This document shows positions 1 to 7,799 of a DNA stretch of 64,000 bases, piece by piece (the first letter of the stretch is position 1; each line of letters opens with the position of its first letter). The notes below the pieces were generated by a model, which saw only the letters and a list, made by a program, of their open reading frames with translations, made no database searches and was not told where the DNA came from. The stretch is from Candidatus Micrarchaeota archaeon (lineage in GTDB: Archaea; Micrarchaeota; Micrarchaeia; Micrarchaeales; CABMGC01): the NCBI GenBank assembly GCA_028866835.1, contig JAGWHJ010000002.1:330-64329 (forward strand), read 5' to 3'. The translations under genes were made by a program, and so were the position numbers.

Positions 1-129
1 TATGCACCAGACTTCATCGAAAGGGCAAGTTACATCTGCGGCCCACCTGCATTCACAAAGGCGTGCAAGGACGCGCTGGTCGGATTGGGCATCGACGAGC
101 ACTCCATAAAGGCAGAGATGTGGGGATAA
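1..129 (+). CDS. FNR-like FAD/NAD(P)-binding oxidoreductase, C-terminal end (5' part outside window)
   Basis: Frame 1 open from nt 1 to TAA 127-129: YAPDFIERASYICGPPAFTKACKDALVGLGIDEHSIKAEMWG. ICGPPxF plus a short tail is the usual C-terminus of ferredoxin-reductase-type NAD-binding domains. Confidence 0.5.
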   Translation, partial: YAPDFIERASYICGPPAFTKACKDALVGLGIDEHSIKAEMWG

Positions 130-152
130 CACCAAAAGCGCTTGATCACTTT

Positions 153-172
153 CTTGCAAAGTAGATTGCAAG
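153..172. other. perfect 7-bp inverted repeat CTTGCAA-agtaga-TTGCAAG
   Basis: Read directly. Lies 24 nt after the stop of the partial oxidoreductase gene and just outside the proposed IS left end. Could be a terminator-like or IS-end structure. Confidence 0.3.
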
Positions 173-196
173 ATTTCTGTGCTGCCAAATGAAGAA

Positions 197-216
197 CCCT
201 GCCCTAAAGGACAGGG
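197..216 (+). repeat. imperfect hairpin CCCTGCCC-TAAA-GGACAGGG (candidate IS left-end structure)
   Basis: Seen directly: 7 of 8 stem positions pair, TAAA loop. Same architecture as the 1654-1673 hairpin. Confidence 0.4.
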
Positions 217-279
217 TATCTAAGAGAATCAAGACCATGCAAGGCAATACAGCGACAAGATACGTTAATATGCGATTAA

Positions 280-549
280 ATGCGAAAGGTATATAAAGGT
301 GAAGGTTCATATAATATTGTGATAAAAAGGTCCGAACAAGCATTGTTTGTAGAAACAAGAAATGGAGACGGCGTAAGCCACTTCTTCCATGAGAAGGTAG
401 ACTTCCTATTCTTTGAAGCAGGAGAAGGAAGACGGGAAACAACAGTAAAGGAATATGCAAGGCAGTCCATAGCAAAAGGAGATATTGGATTCTTTGTAAA
501 CGAAGGTAAGAAGGGAAGCGTATACATAGACGCAAGGTTGGAAGCATGA
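280..549 (+). CDS. hypothetical 89-aa protein (inside IS-like block)
   Basis: ORF track. K/E-rich, no motif recognised. Same strand and tight spacing with the following ORFs. Confidence 0.35.
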   Translation: MRKVYKGEGSYNIVIKRSEQALFVETRNGDGVSHFFHEKVDFLFFEAGEGRRETTVKEYARQSIAKGDIGFFVNEGKKGSVYIDARLEA

Positions 550-568
550 ACAGTGAAAAGGCAAAAGC

Positions 569-697
569 ATGACCGAATCATTCATAGCAACAGTATTGGA
601 AGACAACAGGGTTACGATACCAAAGGATACGGCAGACGTAATCAAGGTCAAGAAGGGAAGCAAGGTCAGGATTGTAATTGAGAGGATAAGAGCATGA
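569..697 (+). CDS. AbrB/SpoVT-type (looped-hinge helix) small DNA-binding protein, 42 aa
   Basis: Translated by hand: MTESFIATVLEDNRVTIPKDTADVIKVKKGSKVRIVIERIRA. The RVTIPK...G..V pattern is the SpoVT-AbrB fold signature. Its stop overlaps the tnpA start (ATGA at 694-697). Confidence 0.6.
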   Translation: MTESFIATVLEDNRVTIPKDTADVIKVKKGSKVRIVIERIRA

Positions 698-1197
698 GAA
701 ATAGATACCCACACCACACAGAGCCGACAGAGAAGCTAAATACCATGCGTAAGGAATCGCATACGACTTACAACATAAACTACCATTGCGTATGGATACC
801 AAAATACAGAAGAAGGATATTGCAGAATCCATACATCAAGGAGATACTAACGGACATCATAAAGGGAAGATGCGAAGAGAACGACTGGCAGGTATTGGCG
901 TTTGAGATTCAGCCAGACCACATACACCTATTCGTAAGCGTTCCGCCAAAGGAATCTATCTCATGGGTAGTCAAGATACTAAAGGGAAATACAGCCTTGC
1001 AACTGCGAAGGGTATTCCCAGCCTTAAACGCAGTCCATACAAAGCATCTATGGGCAAAAGGATTCTTCGCATCAACCGCAGGATACATCAGCGAAGACAG
1101 CGTAAAGAGATACATAGATGAGCAGGAGCATCACAGATTAAGGGATGAATGGCAAAAGTCGCATCCTTTAGGAAAGCAGTTTACGTTGAGTGGTTGA
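694..1197 (+). CDS. tnpA: IS200/IS605-family Y1 (HUH) transposase TnpA
   Basis: YNINYHCVWIPKYRRRIL, HUH motif in PDHIHLFVSVPP, catalytic Tyr region FASTAGYIS. Typical length; alternative start at Met 745. Confidence 0.9.
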   Translation: MRNRYPHHTEPTEKLNTMRKESHTTYNINYHCVWIPKYRRRILQNPYIKEILTDIIKGRCEENDWQVLAFEIQPDHIHLFVSVPPKESISWVVKILKGNTALQLRRVFPALNAVHTKHLWAKGFFASTAGYISEDSVKRYIDEQEHHRLRDEWQKSHPLGKQFTLSG

Positions 1198-1198
1198 T

Positions 1199-1618
1199 AT
1201 GGAAGAGAAAGAATTAACAACAGAACGCAAATTGAAACTGTGGGATGAAGCCATAGCAAACAGAAAGAGATATTACTTTAGGAAGAAGAACGACCTGACA
1301 AAACGTCAAGAAGCAGAAGGAGTATCTAAATTGAATGGTCTTGAATTTAACATGCAAGCAGAAGTAGAAAAGCATAAGACTTGTAGTGCATGTTCCGAAA
1401 TACTGTCAGGAGATAACGAGCATTGTTTCTTATGCGATAAATTACTAACTGAAGGTCAAATTGCATGTGCAGAAGTATATGCAACCGATGATAATGGTAA
1501 GCACATACAGGACTGGACAGAACCTTTCATGAACTTTTGGAGAGATAGAAAAGAGGATTGGCACATGCACCTTTGTTATTACTGTGCAGACCAGAAACTA
1601 AAGATTATAGAGGATTGA
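1199..1618 (+). CDS. Cys-rich (three CxxC pairs) zinc-ribbon-like protein, unknown function
   Basis: ORF track (GTG 1190, first ATG 1199). CSAC, CFLC and CYYC pairs. No RuvC-like motifs, so not a TnpB. Confidence 0.4.
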   Translation: MEEKELTTERKLKLWDEAIANRKRYYFRKKNDLTKRQEAEGVSKLNGLEFNMQAEVEKHKTCSACSEILSGDNEHCFLCDKLLTEGQIACAEVYATDDNGKHIQDWTEPFMNFWRDRKEDWHMHLCYYCADQKLKIIED

Positions 1619-2373
1619 TTATGGATGGACAAAAAATCGCCGACGGCTTCACTCCCCAAACTAAAGTTAGGGGTTTCTCGCCGTCCTTCGCTAATGACTC
1701 CGAATTCAGAAAATCCTGCGCTGTACAGCCACTCCTGCTGGTCCGATAGTCTTGCAGGTTTGTCTTCAACGAAAGCATGGCGCATCCATGCCTCCAATTC
1801 GCCACCGCTCAAATACCGTTTCATATACTCCCTATAATATCTTTCCCAAGAACGCTGCCCCGAATCTGATTCTGAATGTACGAAATCGCCATTTACGAAT
1901 AAGCCGCCTGGCTTAAGCATCCTGAATATGTTTCTGAACAGTTTCTGCTTCCCCTCATCTGTCGCATTATGTATCGCTATGGTTGAAAAAACAATATCCA
2001 CGTCCTTGTAATTCATCTCTTTTGTAAAGTCCTGGTTCACTATCTTGGTCCTGGCGAGGAGGTCGTTTGCAGAAAGGTTCCTCTTTGCCTTGTCAAGCAT
2101 CTTGCTTGAAAAGTCTATTCCGGTAAGCAAGGCATTTTCGTTGTTAAGCAGGAATAGGGAGGCCCCATGCGCAGTTCCAAGCCCCAAGTCAACCGCTTTC
2201 ATTTTATTATCTTCATATGACAGATAGTCAAGGGAGATCTTGTAAACGGTTTCCTGTATTGTCTCGTTGTCTGGCACGACATGCTGGCTGCAGGTGTCAT
2301 AGTCGTTTATGGAATTGAAATGCCTTGCAACTGCCTCAGATTGCTCCAAAATATCAATTGATATGCCTGCCAT
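1579..2373 (-). CDS. class I SAM-dependent methyltransferase (C-terminal ~35 aa probably foreign read-through)
   Basis: Motif I VDLGLGTAHGA, post-I/II LKPGGLFVNGDF. Homology-like sequence ends near GFSEFGVISE (about nt 1687). Confidence 0.8.
   Translation of the reverse strand: MAGISIDILEQSEAVARHFNSINDYDTCSQHVVPDNETIQETVYKISLDYLSYEDNKMKAVDLGLGTAHGASLFLLNNENALLTGIDFSSKMLDKAKRNLSANDLLARTKIVNQDFTKEMNYKDVDIVFSTIAIHNATDEGKQKLFRNIFRMLKPGGLFVNGDFVHSESDSGQRSWERYYREYMKRYLSGGELEAWMRHAFVEDKPARLSDQQEWLYSAGFSEFGVISEGRRETPNFSLGSEAVGDFLSIHNQSSIIFSFWSAQ
1654..1673 (+). repeat. imperfect hairpin CCCCAAAC-TAAA-GTTAGGGG (candidate IS right-end structure)
   Basis: Seen directly: 7 of 8 stem positions pair, TAAA loop. 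Lies inside the 3' tail of the antisense methyltransferase ORF. Confidence 0.4.
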
Positions 2374-2425
2374 CAGAATAAATAGCTATCTGCATCGTTG
2401 TCAACTTTCTAAGAAGACCGTAAAC

Positions 2426-2887
2426 TCACAGGTTTTTTAAAAACTCTTCAGGAAACTTATTGCCAAGCATCTTAGAGAGCTCTGCCCTGTCTGCCCACTG
2501 GTGTTCAAGGCCCTTGCCCTGCAGCACTTGGTTCTTCGGCAGCCTGCAATCATAAACAATCAAAAACAGGCCCACCTTCTCCTTGCCAACATCTATCTTG
2601 ATCTTCGACACGACTGCATCGCGCAGGCCAAGTACCCCCACCTCCTTAATGCCTATCTCCTCCTCAAGCTCCCTGGAGAAGGCCTCAATGACGCTTTCGT
2701 TCCTCTCTATCCTGCCTCCAGGGAGGTCCCAATATCTTGCACCCTTCTCTTTCACTATCAGGAACCTGCCCTCGCCATCCCTGATCAATGCCTTGACTCC
2801 TACCTGGAAGACCTCTTCAACCACGTTGTTGCCCGGCCAATTTTCAGACCAAGAATTATATATCAGGGAATGCATATTATAATCCAT
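2426..2887 (-). CDS. NUDIX hydrolase
   Basis: Nudix box GRIERNESVIEAFSRELEEEIGI (Gx5Ex7REUxEExGU). Start moved to Met at 2887, because the longer ORF runs antisense into the neighbouring gene. Confidence 0.85.
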   Translation of the reverse strand: MDYNMHSLIYNSWSENWPGNNVVEEVFQVGVKALIRDGEGRFLIVKEKGARYWDLPGGRIERNESVIEAFSRELEEEIGIKEVGVLGLRDAVVSKIKIDVGKEKVGLFLIVYDCRLPKNQVLQGKGLEHQWADRAELSKMLGNKFPEEFLKNL

Positions 2888-3941
2888 GTTAAAGAAGGCG
2901 ATTCTTTCAAGGACCCTTGACGGGGACAAAGTGGAATGCATAGCATGCGCAAGGAGATGCAGGATCCCTGCGGGTTCGCACGGATTCTGTTTTGTAAGGC
3001 AGAACAAAGGGGGCACCTTATACCTTGCAAATTACGGCACTGTTGCCGCGATGCAGATAGACCCTATAGAGAAAAAGCCGTTCAACCACTTCATGCCTGG
3101 AAGCTACGTATTCGGCATAGGGACCTCATCTTGCAACTGGGGATGCCAGTTCTGCCAGAATCACAACATCTCAAAGGAAAAGGAGATAACCGGGGAGGAC
3201 ATGTCCCCAGAGGAGATCGTTGAGATCGCCCTAAGGAACAACACAAAGAGCATAGCCTTCACCTACAATGAACCAACTATATTCATAGAATACGCCCTCG
3301 ATATCGCCAGGCTCGCGCATAAGAAAAAACTGTACAACCTCTTCGTCACCAATGGATACATGACACCCGAGGCTGTAGGCGAGATGAAAGGCCTGATAGA
3401 CGCGGCAGTGGTCGACTTCAAGGGAAATGGCGACCAGAAGTTCTCAAACAAGTTCGAGATGGTTCAGTCCAACGAACCCATAAAGGAATCGACGCTTGCA
3501 ATGAAGCGCGCCGGAATCCACCTTGAGCTTACCGACCTTGTAATACCAAGGGTGGGCGAGAGCTTGGAGGCATGCACGGAGCTGTGCACATGGCTGTACG
3601 AGAACATGGGTTCTGACATACCAATTCAGTTCACGAGGTTCCATCCCGATTACAAGATGCTCGATTACCCGCCTACGCCGTACGATACCCTGAAGAAGCA
3701 TTACGATGCGGCAAAGGCGACAGGCCTCAAGTATGTCTACATAGGGAATGTCCCTGGGAATCGGTACGAAAACACGTACTGCCCTGGCTGCGGCAGCCTT
3801 GTCATAGAGCGCCAGGGCCTCTACCTGACCGGGTGGTTCCTGGACGATTCAAACAAATGCAACGGCTGCGGTTACAAGATTCCGATATTCGGCAAGCCGC
3901 CAAAGACAATAGAGCACAAGGAGATAGTGTCTATTTACTGA
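2886..3941 (+). CDS. radical SAM enzyme, AmmeMemoRadiSam-system / PflA-related type
   Basis: CNWGCQFC (Cx3Cx2C). N-terminal CIACARRCRIPAGSHGFCFVRQN and DPIEKKPFNHF are typical of this subfamily. Confidence 0.8.
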   Translation: MLKKAILSRTLDGDKVECIACARRCRIPAGSHGFCFVRQNKGGTLYLANYGTVAAMQIDPIEKKPFNHFMPGSYVFGIGTSSCNWGCQFCQNHNISKEKEITGEDMSPEEIVEIALRNNTKSIAFTYNEPTIFIEYALDIARLAHKKKLYNLFVTNGYMTPEAVGEMKGLIDAAVVDFKGNGDQKFSNKFEMVQSNEPIKESTLAMKRAGIHLELTDLVIPRVGESLEACTELCTWLYENMGSDIPIQFTRFHPDYKMLDYPPTPYDTLKKHYDAAKATGLKYVYIGNVPGNRYENTYCPGCGSLVIERQGLYLTGWFLDDSNKCNGCGYKIPIFGKPPKTIEHKEIVSIY

Positions 3942-4911
3942 ACTTAGGCCTTGTGCCCTTCACGTATTCCATGTAGAATGTTGCGGGCAGCATCGTGCTC
4001 CAAACGCCAAACACGATTGAGAGGACTATGTCTATTATGCTGCCAATGACGGGTATGAGGCTTATTAGAAAATAAACTGCTATGTACCCCAATGTTATCA
4101 GTATTATCAATGCGAACAGGCCAAGAATGTTCCAGAACCTCTTCCTGCCGATATCTATGCTTTTCTTGAAAGCATCAACAGGCCCTAGCCTCTCCAGTAC
4201 TGCAACCGCGTATCCGTTGTATAATAATATCCCCAATATTATGCCGATCACAAGCGCCAGTATGACGAAGACCACGCCAGTGACTAGCAGCGGAACCCAC
4301 TGGCCGGTGTTAGCGCCAGAGCCTGCGCTGCTCATGAGGTTTGTAATGGCCGAGATCTGCGTGCCAAACAGCAGCAGAGCAAGAATGCCGAAAACAATCA
4401 GGTATACTGCCAGATAAATCAGCGAAAGCCCAAGAACGCTCAGGAACCTTGCTACGGCCGTGTCAAACGCGGCGCCCAAGACTGGCTTTTTGGCGAAGGC
4501 CTGCGCCGCCATGTCTATGTACATTATGTTTATGAATACGCCTATCACGTAGAAGATGAGCACCACTATAATCAGCGAGGGCAGCAGCACCCACAGATCC
4601 TGCAGGAGCGATTCCATGGCCATTCTGCCGGCAGCTGTCCCGGCAAAAGTCGAATTGAATGACGAGTTTGTCGCATTCAGGGTGTAGTTCTGCGTAAGGT
4701 TTGCCATCATGTTTCCTGAATGGAAGAGGGCATTGCCGGAATGGAACTGCTGCGCAACTGACGCGAATATCGCCACTGCAAGGATCAGGCCAACTATAAA
4801 GCTCAGGCCAATCAATATCAGATAAGGGACTATGACTACCGGGTAATTCTTAAGTATGTTGAATGCATCCCAGACAACATCGAATACGGACATCGCTCTT
4901 GTGCGCCCCAA
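3931..4911 (-). CDS. polytopic membrane protein, unknown function
   Basis: ORF track. Multiple hydrophobic helices, extracytoplasmic loop with sequon run NLTQNYTLNATNSSFNST and duplicated FHSGN. Confidence 0.6.
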   Translation of the reverse strand: MGRTRAMSVFDVVWDAFNILKNYPVVIVPYLILIGLSFIVGLILAVAIFASVAQQFHSGNALFHSGNMMANLTQNYTLNATNSSFNSTFAGTAAGRMAMESLLQDLWVLLPSLIIVVLIFYVIGVFINIMYIDMAAQAFAKKPVLGAAFDTAVARFLSVLGLSLIYLAVYLIVFGILALLLFGTQISAITNLMSSAGSGANTGQWVPLLVTGVVFVILALVIGIILGILLYNGYAVAVLERLGPVDAFKKSIDIGRKRFWNILGLFALIILITLGYIAVYFLISLIPVIGSIIDIVLSIVFGVWSTMLPATFYMEYVKGTRPKFSK

Positions 4912-4981
4912 TAAAAAGTGCTGTTGCTATTGAACGACTATTCTTTGGTAACCTATTTAAATCTACCCTGCCATATATCCC

Positions 4982-5100
4982 CTGTCAAACGGCCATAGGG
5001 ACAGGGCAACGCCCAAACCCATTCCGAACTTGGAAGCTAAGCCTGTCCACGATACGAAATACTGCCCTAACAGGCGGGAAAGCGCATTGCTGTTTGGCAT
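4982..5100 (+). rRNA. rrf: 5S ribosomal RNA (orphan, not linked to 16S/23S)
   Basis: ACGGCCATAGGGACAGGG...CCCATTCCGAACTTGGAAGCTAAGCCTGTCC core. Helix I pairs GTCAAACGGC (4984-4993) with GCTGTTTGGC (5089-5098). Ends within about 3 nt. Confidence 0.85.
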
Positions 5101-6122
5101 TATTTTTTCCTTTTGTACATCTCTTCTATCGCGGAGAGCATTATCTCCCTGTACTCATTGTCAGGGAGCTCGTTCTTGTAATCCTCAATGGCCTTCTTTG
5201 CCTCTTCGCCATAACGTTCTGCAATGTCAACCGCATATCCCAAGCCATCGTATTTGTTTATCGTCTTCACCAGGAAATCTATATCCTTTGCCGTCTTCTT
5301 CTCCCTGTCTTTTGCATAGATCTTGTCTATCGCCTCCTTCTCGTTGACCGTTGCGGCACCGTACGTGTGCAGCATTATGAGCGTGAGCTTGCCCTCATAG
5401 AGGTCTCCATAGCGCTGCTTCCCGAACACCTTCTCGTCAGCAGTCATGTCCAGTATGTCATCGGTTATCTGGAATGCTATCCCTGCCGGCTCTCCTACGT
5501 TCTTTAGCGCCTCCAACGTACCGATGCCCTTTCCCGCTATCATTGCACCTATCTGCATGGGCCCGTACAGGCTGTAATAGCAGGTCTTGCTCTTCACTAT
5601 CCTATAGTAGATCTCTTCGGTTCCCTTTGACAGGTCACGCGTGTTGTGTATGAAGTTGTTGTCAAGGAACTGCCCCTCAACCGTGAACTCAAGTATATCA
5701 TAAAACTTGTCAAAGATCTTGCTTCCCTTCTCGAGCCCGACCTCAATGAGGTAGTCCTTCAGCATGCGCCACATTATGATGTGCAGAGCATCACCCGAAT
5801 TTATCGCTATCTCAATCCCATACATCTTCTGTAGCGCAGGCTTTCCCCTCCTAAGCTCCGAGTTGTCCTCTATGTCATCGTGTATCAATATCCAGTCTTC
5901 GGAAACCTGCATTACAGCCGCCGGAAGTATCAAATCCTTGGGCTCGGCGCCGAACATCTGACCCGTGAGCATTATCATCCCAGGCCTTCTGTAGCCCCCT
6001 TTCCTATCGCTATACTCCCTTACGCTGCGGTAATGTTGAATCGGATCCTTCACCTTCAAGTACTCGGATATCCTAGAGTAGATGCGCTCCTTGTGCGTTT
6101 CAACATACCCTTTGAAATCCAT
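5100..6122 (-). CDS. idsA: polyprenyl (geranylgeranyl) diphosphate synthase
   Basis: FARM LIHDDIEDNSELRRGKP and SARM FQITDDILD. Confidence 0.9.
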   Translation of the reverse strand: MDFKGYVETHKERIYSRISEYLKVKDPIQHYRSVREYSDRKGGYRRPGMIMLTGQMFGAEPKDLILPAAVMQVSEDWILIHDDIEDNSELRRGKPALQKMYGIEIAINSGDALHIIMWRMLKDYLIEVGLEKGSKIFDKFYDILEFTVEGQFLDNNFIHNTRDLSKGTEEIYYRIVKSKTCYYSLYGPMQIGAMIAGKGIGTLEALKNVGEPAGIAFQITDDILDMTADEKVFGKQRYGDLYEGKLTLIMLHTYGAATVNEKEAIDKIYAKDREKKTAKDIDFLVKTINKYDGLGYAVDIAERYGEEAKKAIEDYKNELPDNEYREIMLSAIEEMYKRKK

Positions 6123-6125
6123 AAA

Positions 6126-6803
6126 TCATCCTTGCATCTGAGCTTTATAATAGCTACAGTGACGTTTGACAGGACACATATCGCACAGCGGCTTTGTCCT
6201 GCAGTAGTTCTTTCCAAGCTCCACGAACTGCGCATGGAAGTCATTGTACAGTTTTGTGCTCCCCGGTATTCTCGACGAGATGTACTCCTGCAGCTCATCA
6301 TAGCCCATGTCGTCCGGCGTGCCGTACATCCTGCTCATTATCCTCCTTGTGTAGGCATCTATCACAAAGATCCGCTTCCCGGCCGCGTAGAGCATTATAG
6401 AATCTGCGGTCTCCGGCCCTACCCCATCGATATCTAGAAGTTCCTTCCGGAGCCCAGCGCTGTCCTTCCTGAACATGATTCCAAGCGAGCCATGGGTCCT
6501 TGCGACGTACTGCGCGAAGTTCCTGAGCCTTCTGGCCTTCTGCCTGAAGAAACCCGTTGGCCTAACCAGCCTTTCAAGCTCGGGCAGGTTCGCATCGGCT
6601 ATCGCGGCAAGGCTGAGCATGTCATTTTCCTTGAGATTTTTTATGGCCTTCTCGACGTTTGTCCATGAGACCTGCTGCGTAAGTATGGCCCCTATGGTTA
6701 TCTCGTCCTCGGTCTCTCCAGGCCACCAGTGCCTATATCCGAAGTTTTTCCTGAGTTCCTCGTAAAGGCCAAGCATGGGCAGGGATCCCATCAGATCATC
6801 CAA
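6126..6803 (-). CDS. HhH-GPD family DNA glycosylase (endonuclease III-like) with Fe-S cluster loop
   Basis: HhH-GPD region LLDIDGVGPETADSI and C-terminal CRTKPLCDMCPVKRHC. Confidence 0.8.
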   Translation of the reverse strand: MDDLMGSLPMLGLYEELRKNFGYRHWWPGETEDEITIGAILTQQVSWTNVEKAIKNLKENDMLSLAAIADANLPELERLVRPTGFFRQKARRLRNFAQYVARTHGSLGIMFRKDSAGLRKELLDIDGVGPETADSIMLYAAGKRIFVIDAYTRRIMSRMYGTPDDMGYDELQEYISSRIPGSTKLYNDFHAQFVELGKNYCRTKPLCDMCPVKRHCSYYKAQMQG

Positions 6804-6830
6804 AGAAACAGAATCTGCAACGATGCGCTT

Positions 6831-7298
6831 TCAGACCTTGACTTCCTTTGCATCTATCCTCTTAATGAACTCCATTGCGTCAGAGCCCTCTACGGTTATG
6901 TTCATGCTCTTGCATGTGCCTGCGACCTGCTTTATCTTGTCCTCAACGGTATTGCCGTAGAGCGAGGGTTCCTTCGCATTCACTACCTTCCTTAGCTGCT
7001 CCATGGTGATGTTGCCAACGACCTCCTCCTTGGCCTTGGCGCCCTTCTGGATGCCAAGCTCCTTCATTATGAGGGCGCTTGTTGGCGGCGAGCCTACTGA
7101 CACGGAGAAATGCTTCGTCTCGCTGTTCACGACCACCTTGACCGGCACCTTTATCCCGTCAAAGGCCTTCGTCTTCTCGTTTATCTCGTTGACTATGCTG
7201 GCGATATTTACCCCCAGGGGGCCCAAGGCTGGCCCGAACGGCGCTCCGCTCGTAGCCTTTCCGCCTTCAACAAGTCCGTTTATTACAACATCTCCCAT
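6831..7298 (-). CDS. rpl11: 50S ribosomal protein L11 (uL11)
   Basis: GGKATSGAPFGPALGPLGVNIASIV signature. Confidence 0.95.
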   Translation of the reverse strand: MGDVVINGLVEGGKATSGAPFGPALGPLGVNIASIVNEINEKTKAFDGIKVPVKVVVNSETKHFSVSVGSPPTSALIMKELGIQKGAKAKEEVVGNITMEQLRKVVNAKEPSLYGNTVEDKIKQVAGTCKSMNITVEGSDAMEFIKRIDAKEVKV

Positions 7299-7301
7299 GA
7301 T

Positions 7302-7757
7302 CTAAACCTCCTTTGCGTGTTCTATTATCTTTGCCATGTTGCTCTTTGTCGTTATTGGTATTGGCACTGCAACGTCCATGAGCTCCACAGTAATCTCCTC
7401 TTTAGAACTGTCCACCTTTATTACCTTTGCCTTATAGCCCTTGAACGGCCCAGTGAAGAATTCAACTGTGTCATTCACTGATATCTGCTGCACCTGCTGC
7501 TTTGCGGCGAGCATCTTGTCAAGCTCCGCCTCGCTCAGCGGCGTAGGCAGCATCCCCTTGACGTGCGGCTCGTTTAGTATGAGCTCCCTGATGACAATCT
7601 CGTTCTCGCCTTCGACTATTATGTACCCTCTCATGCCGTAGGGCATTATTATCGAATATATCGACGCGGTGGTCTTGCCTATCTTGTTCTGCAGTATGTC
7701 TGCAGTTATCTTCTCCTGGCTTGCGGTTACTCTTATTATGAAATACACTCGCATCAT
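7302..7757 (-). CDS. spt5: transcription elongation factor Spt5 (NusG)
   Basis: NGN domain plus KOW (FFTGPFKGYKAKVIKVD). Directly upstream of L11, as is usual. Confidence 0.9.
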   Translation of the reverse strand: MMRVYFIIRVTASQEKITADILQNKIGKTTASIYSIIMPYGMRGYIIVEGENEIVIRELILNEPHVKGMLPTPLSEAELDKMLAAKQQVQQISVNDTVEFFTGPFKGYKAKVIKVDSSKEEITVELMDVAVPIPITTKSNMAKIIEHAKEV

Positions 7758-7799
7758 CCATTCTTTTTAAATCTTAATATCAAATTCAATATCGGTTTT

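Larger units (their letters stand above)
190..1680 (+). mobile_element. IS200/IS605-family insertion (Y1 transposase, no tnpB) with three extra small ORFs; ends approximate
   Basis: Y1/HUH transposase ORF at 694-1197. Block is visibly more A/T- and purine-rich than flanking genes. Two similarly built imperfect hairpins (8-bp stem, one mismatch, TAAA loop) at 197-216 and 1654-1673 bracket all four ORFs. Confidence 0.5.

Noticed and set aside
1199-1618. Cys-rich ORF after tnpA as a truncated TnpB
   Set aside because: It is only 139 aa, has no RuvC-like D/E/D motifs and no adjacent non-coding stretch resembling a guide-RNA scaffold. Zinc-ribbon similarity alone is insufficient.
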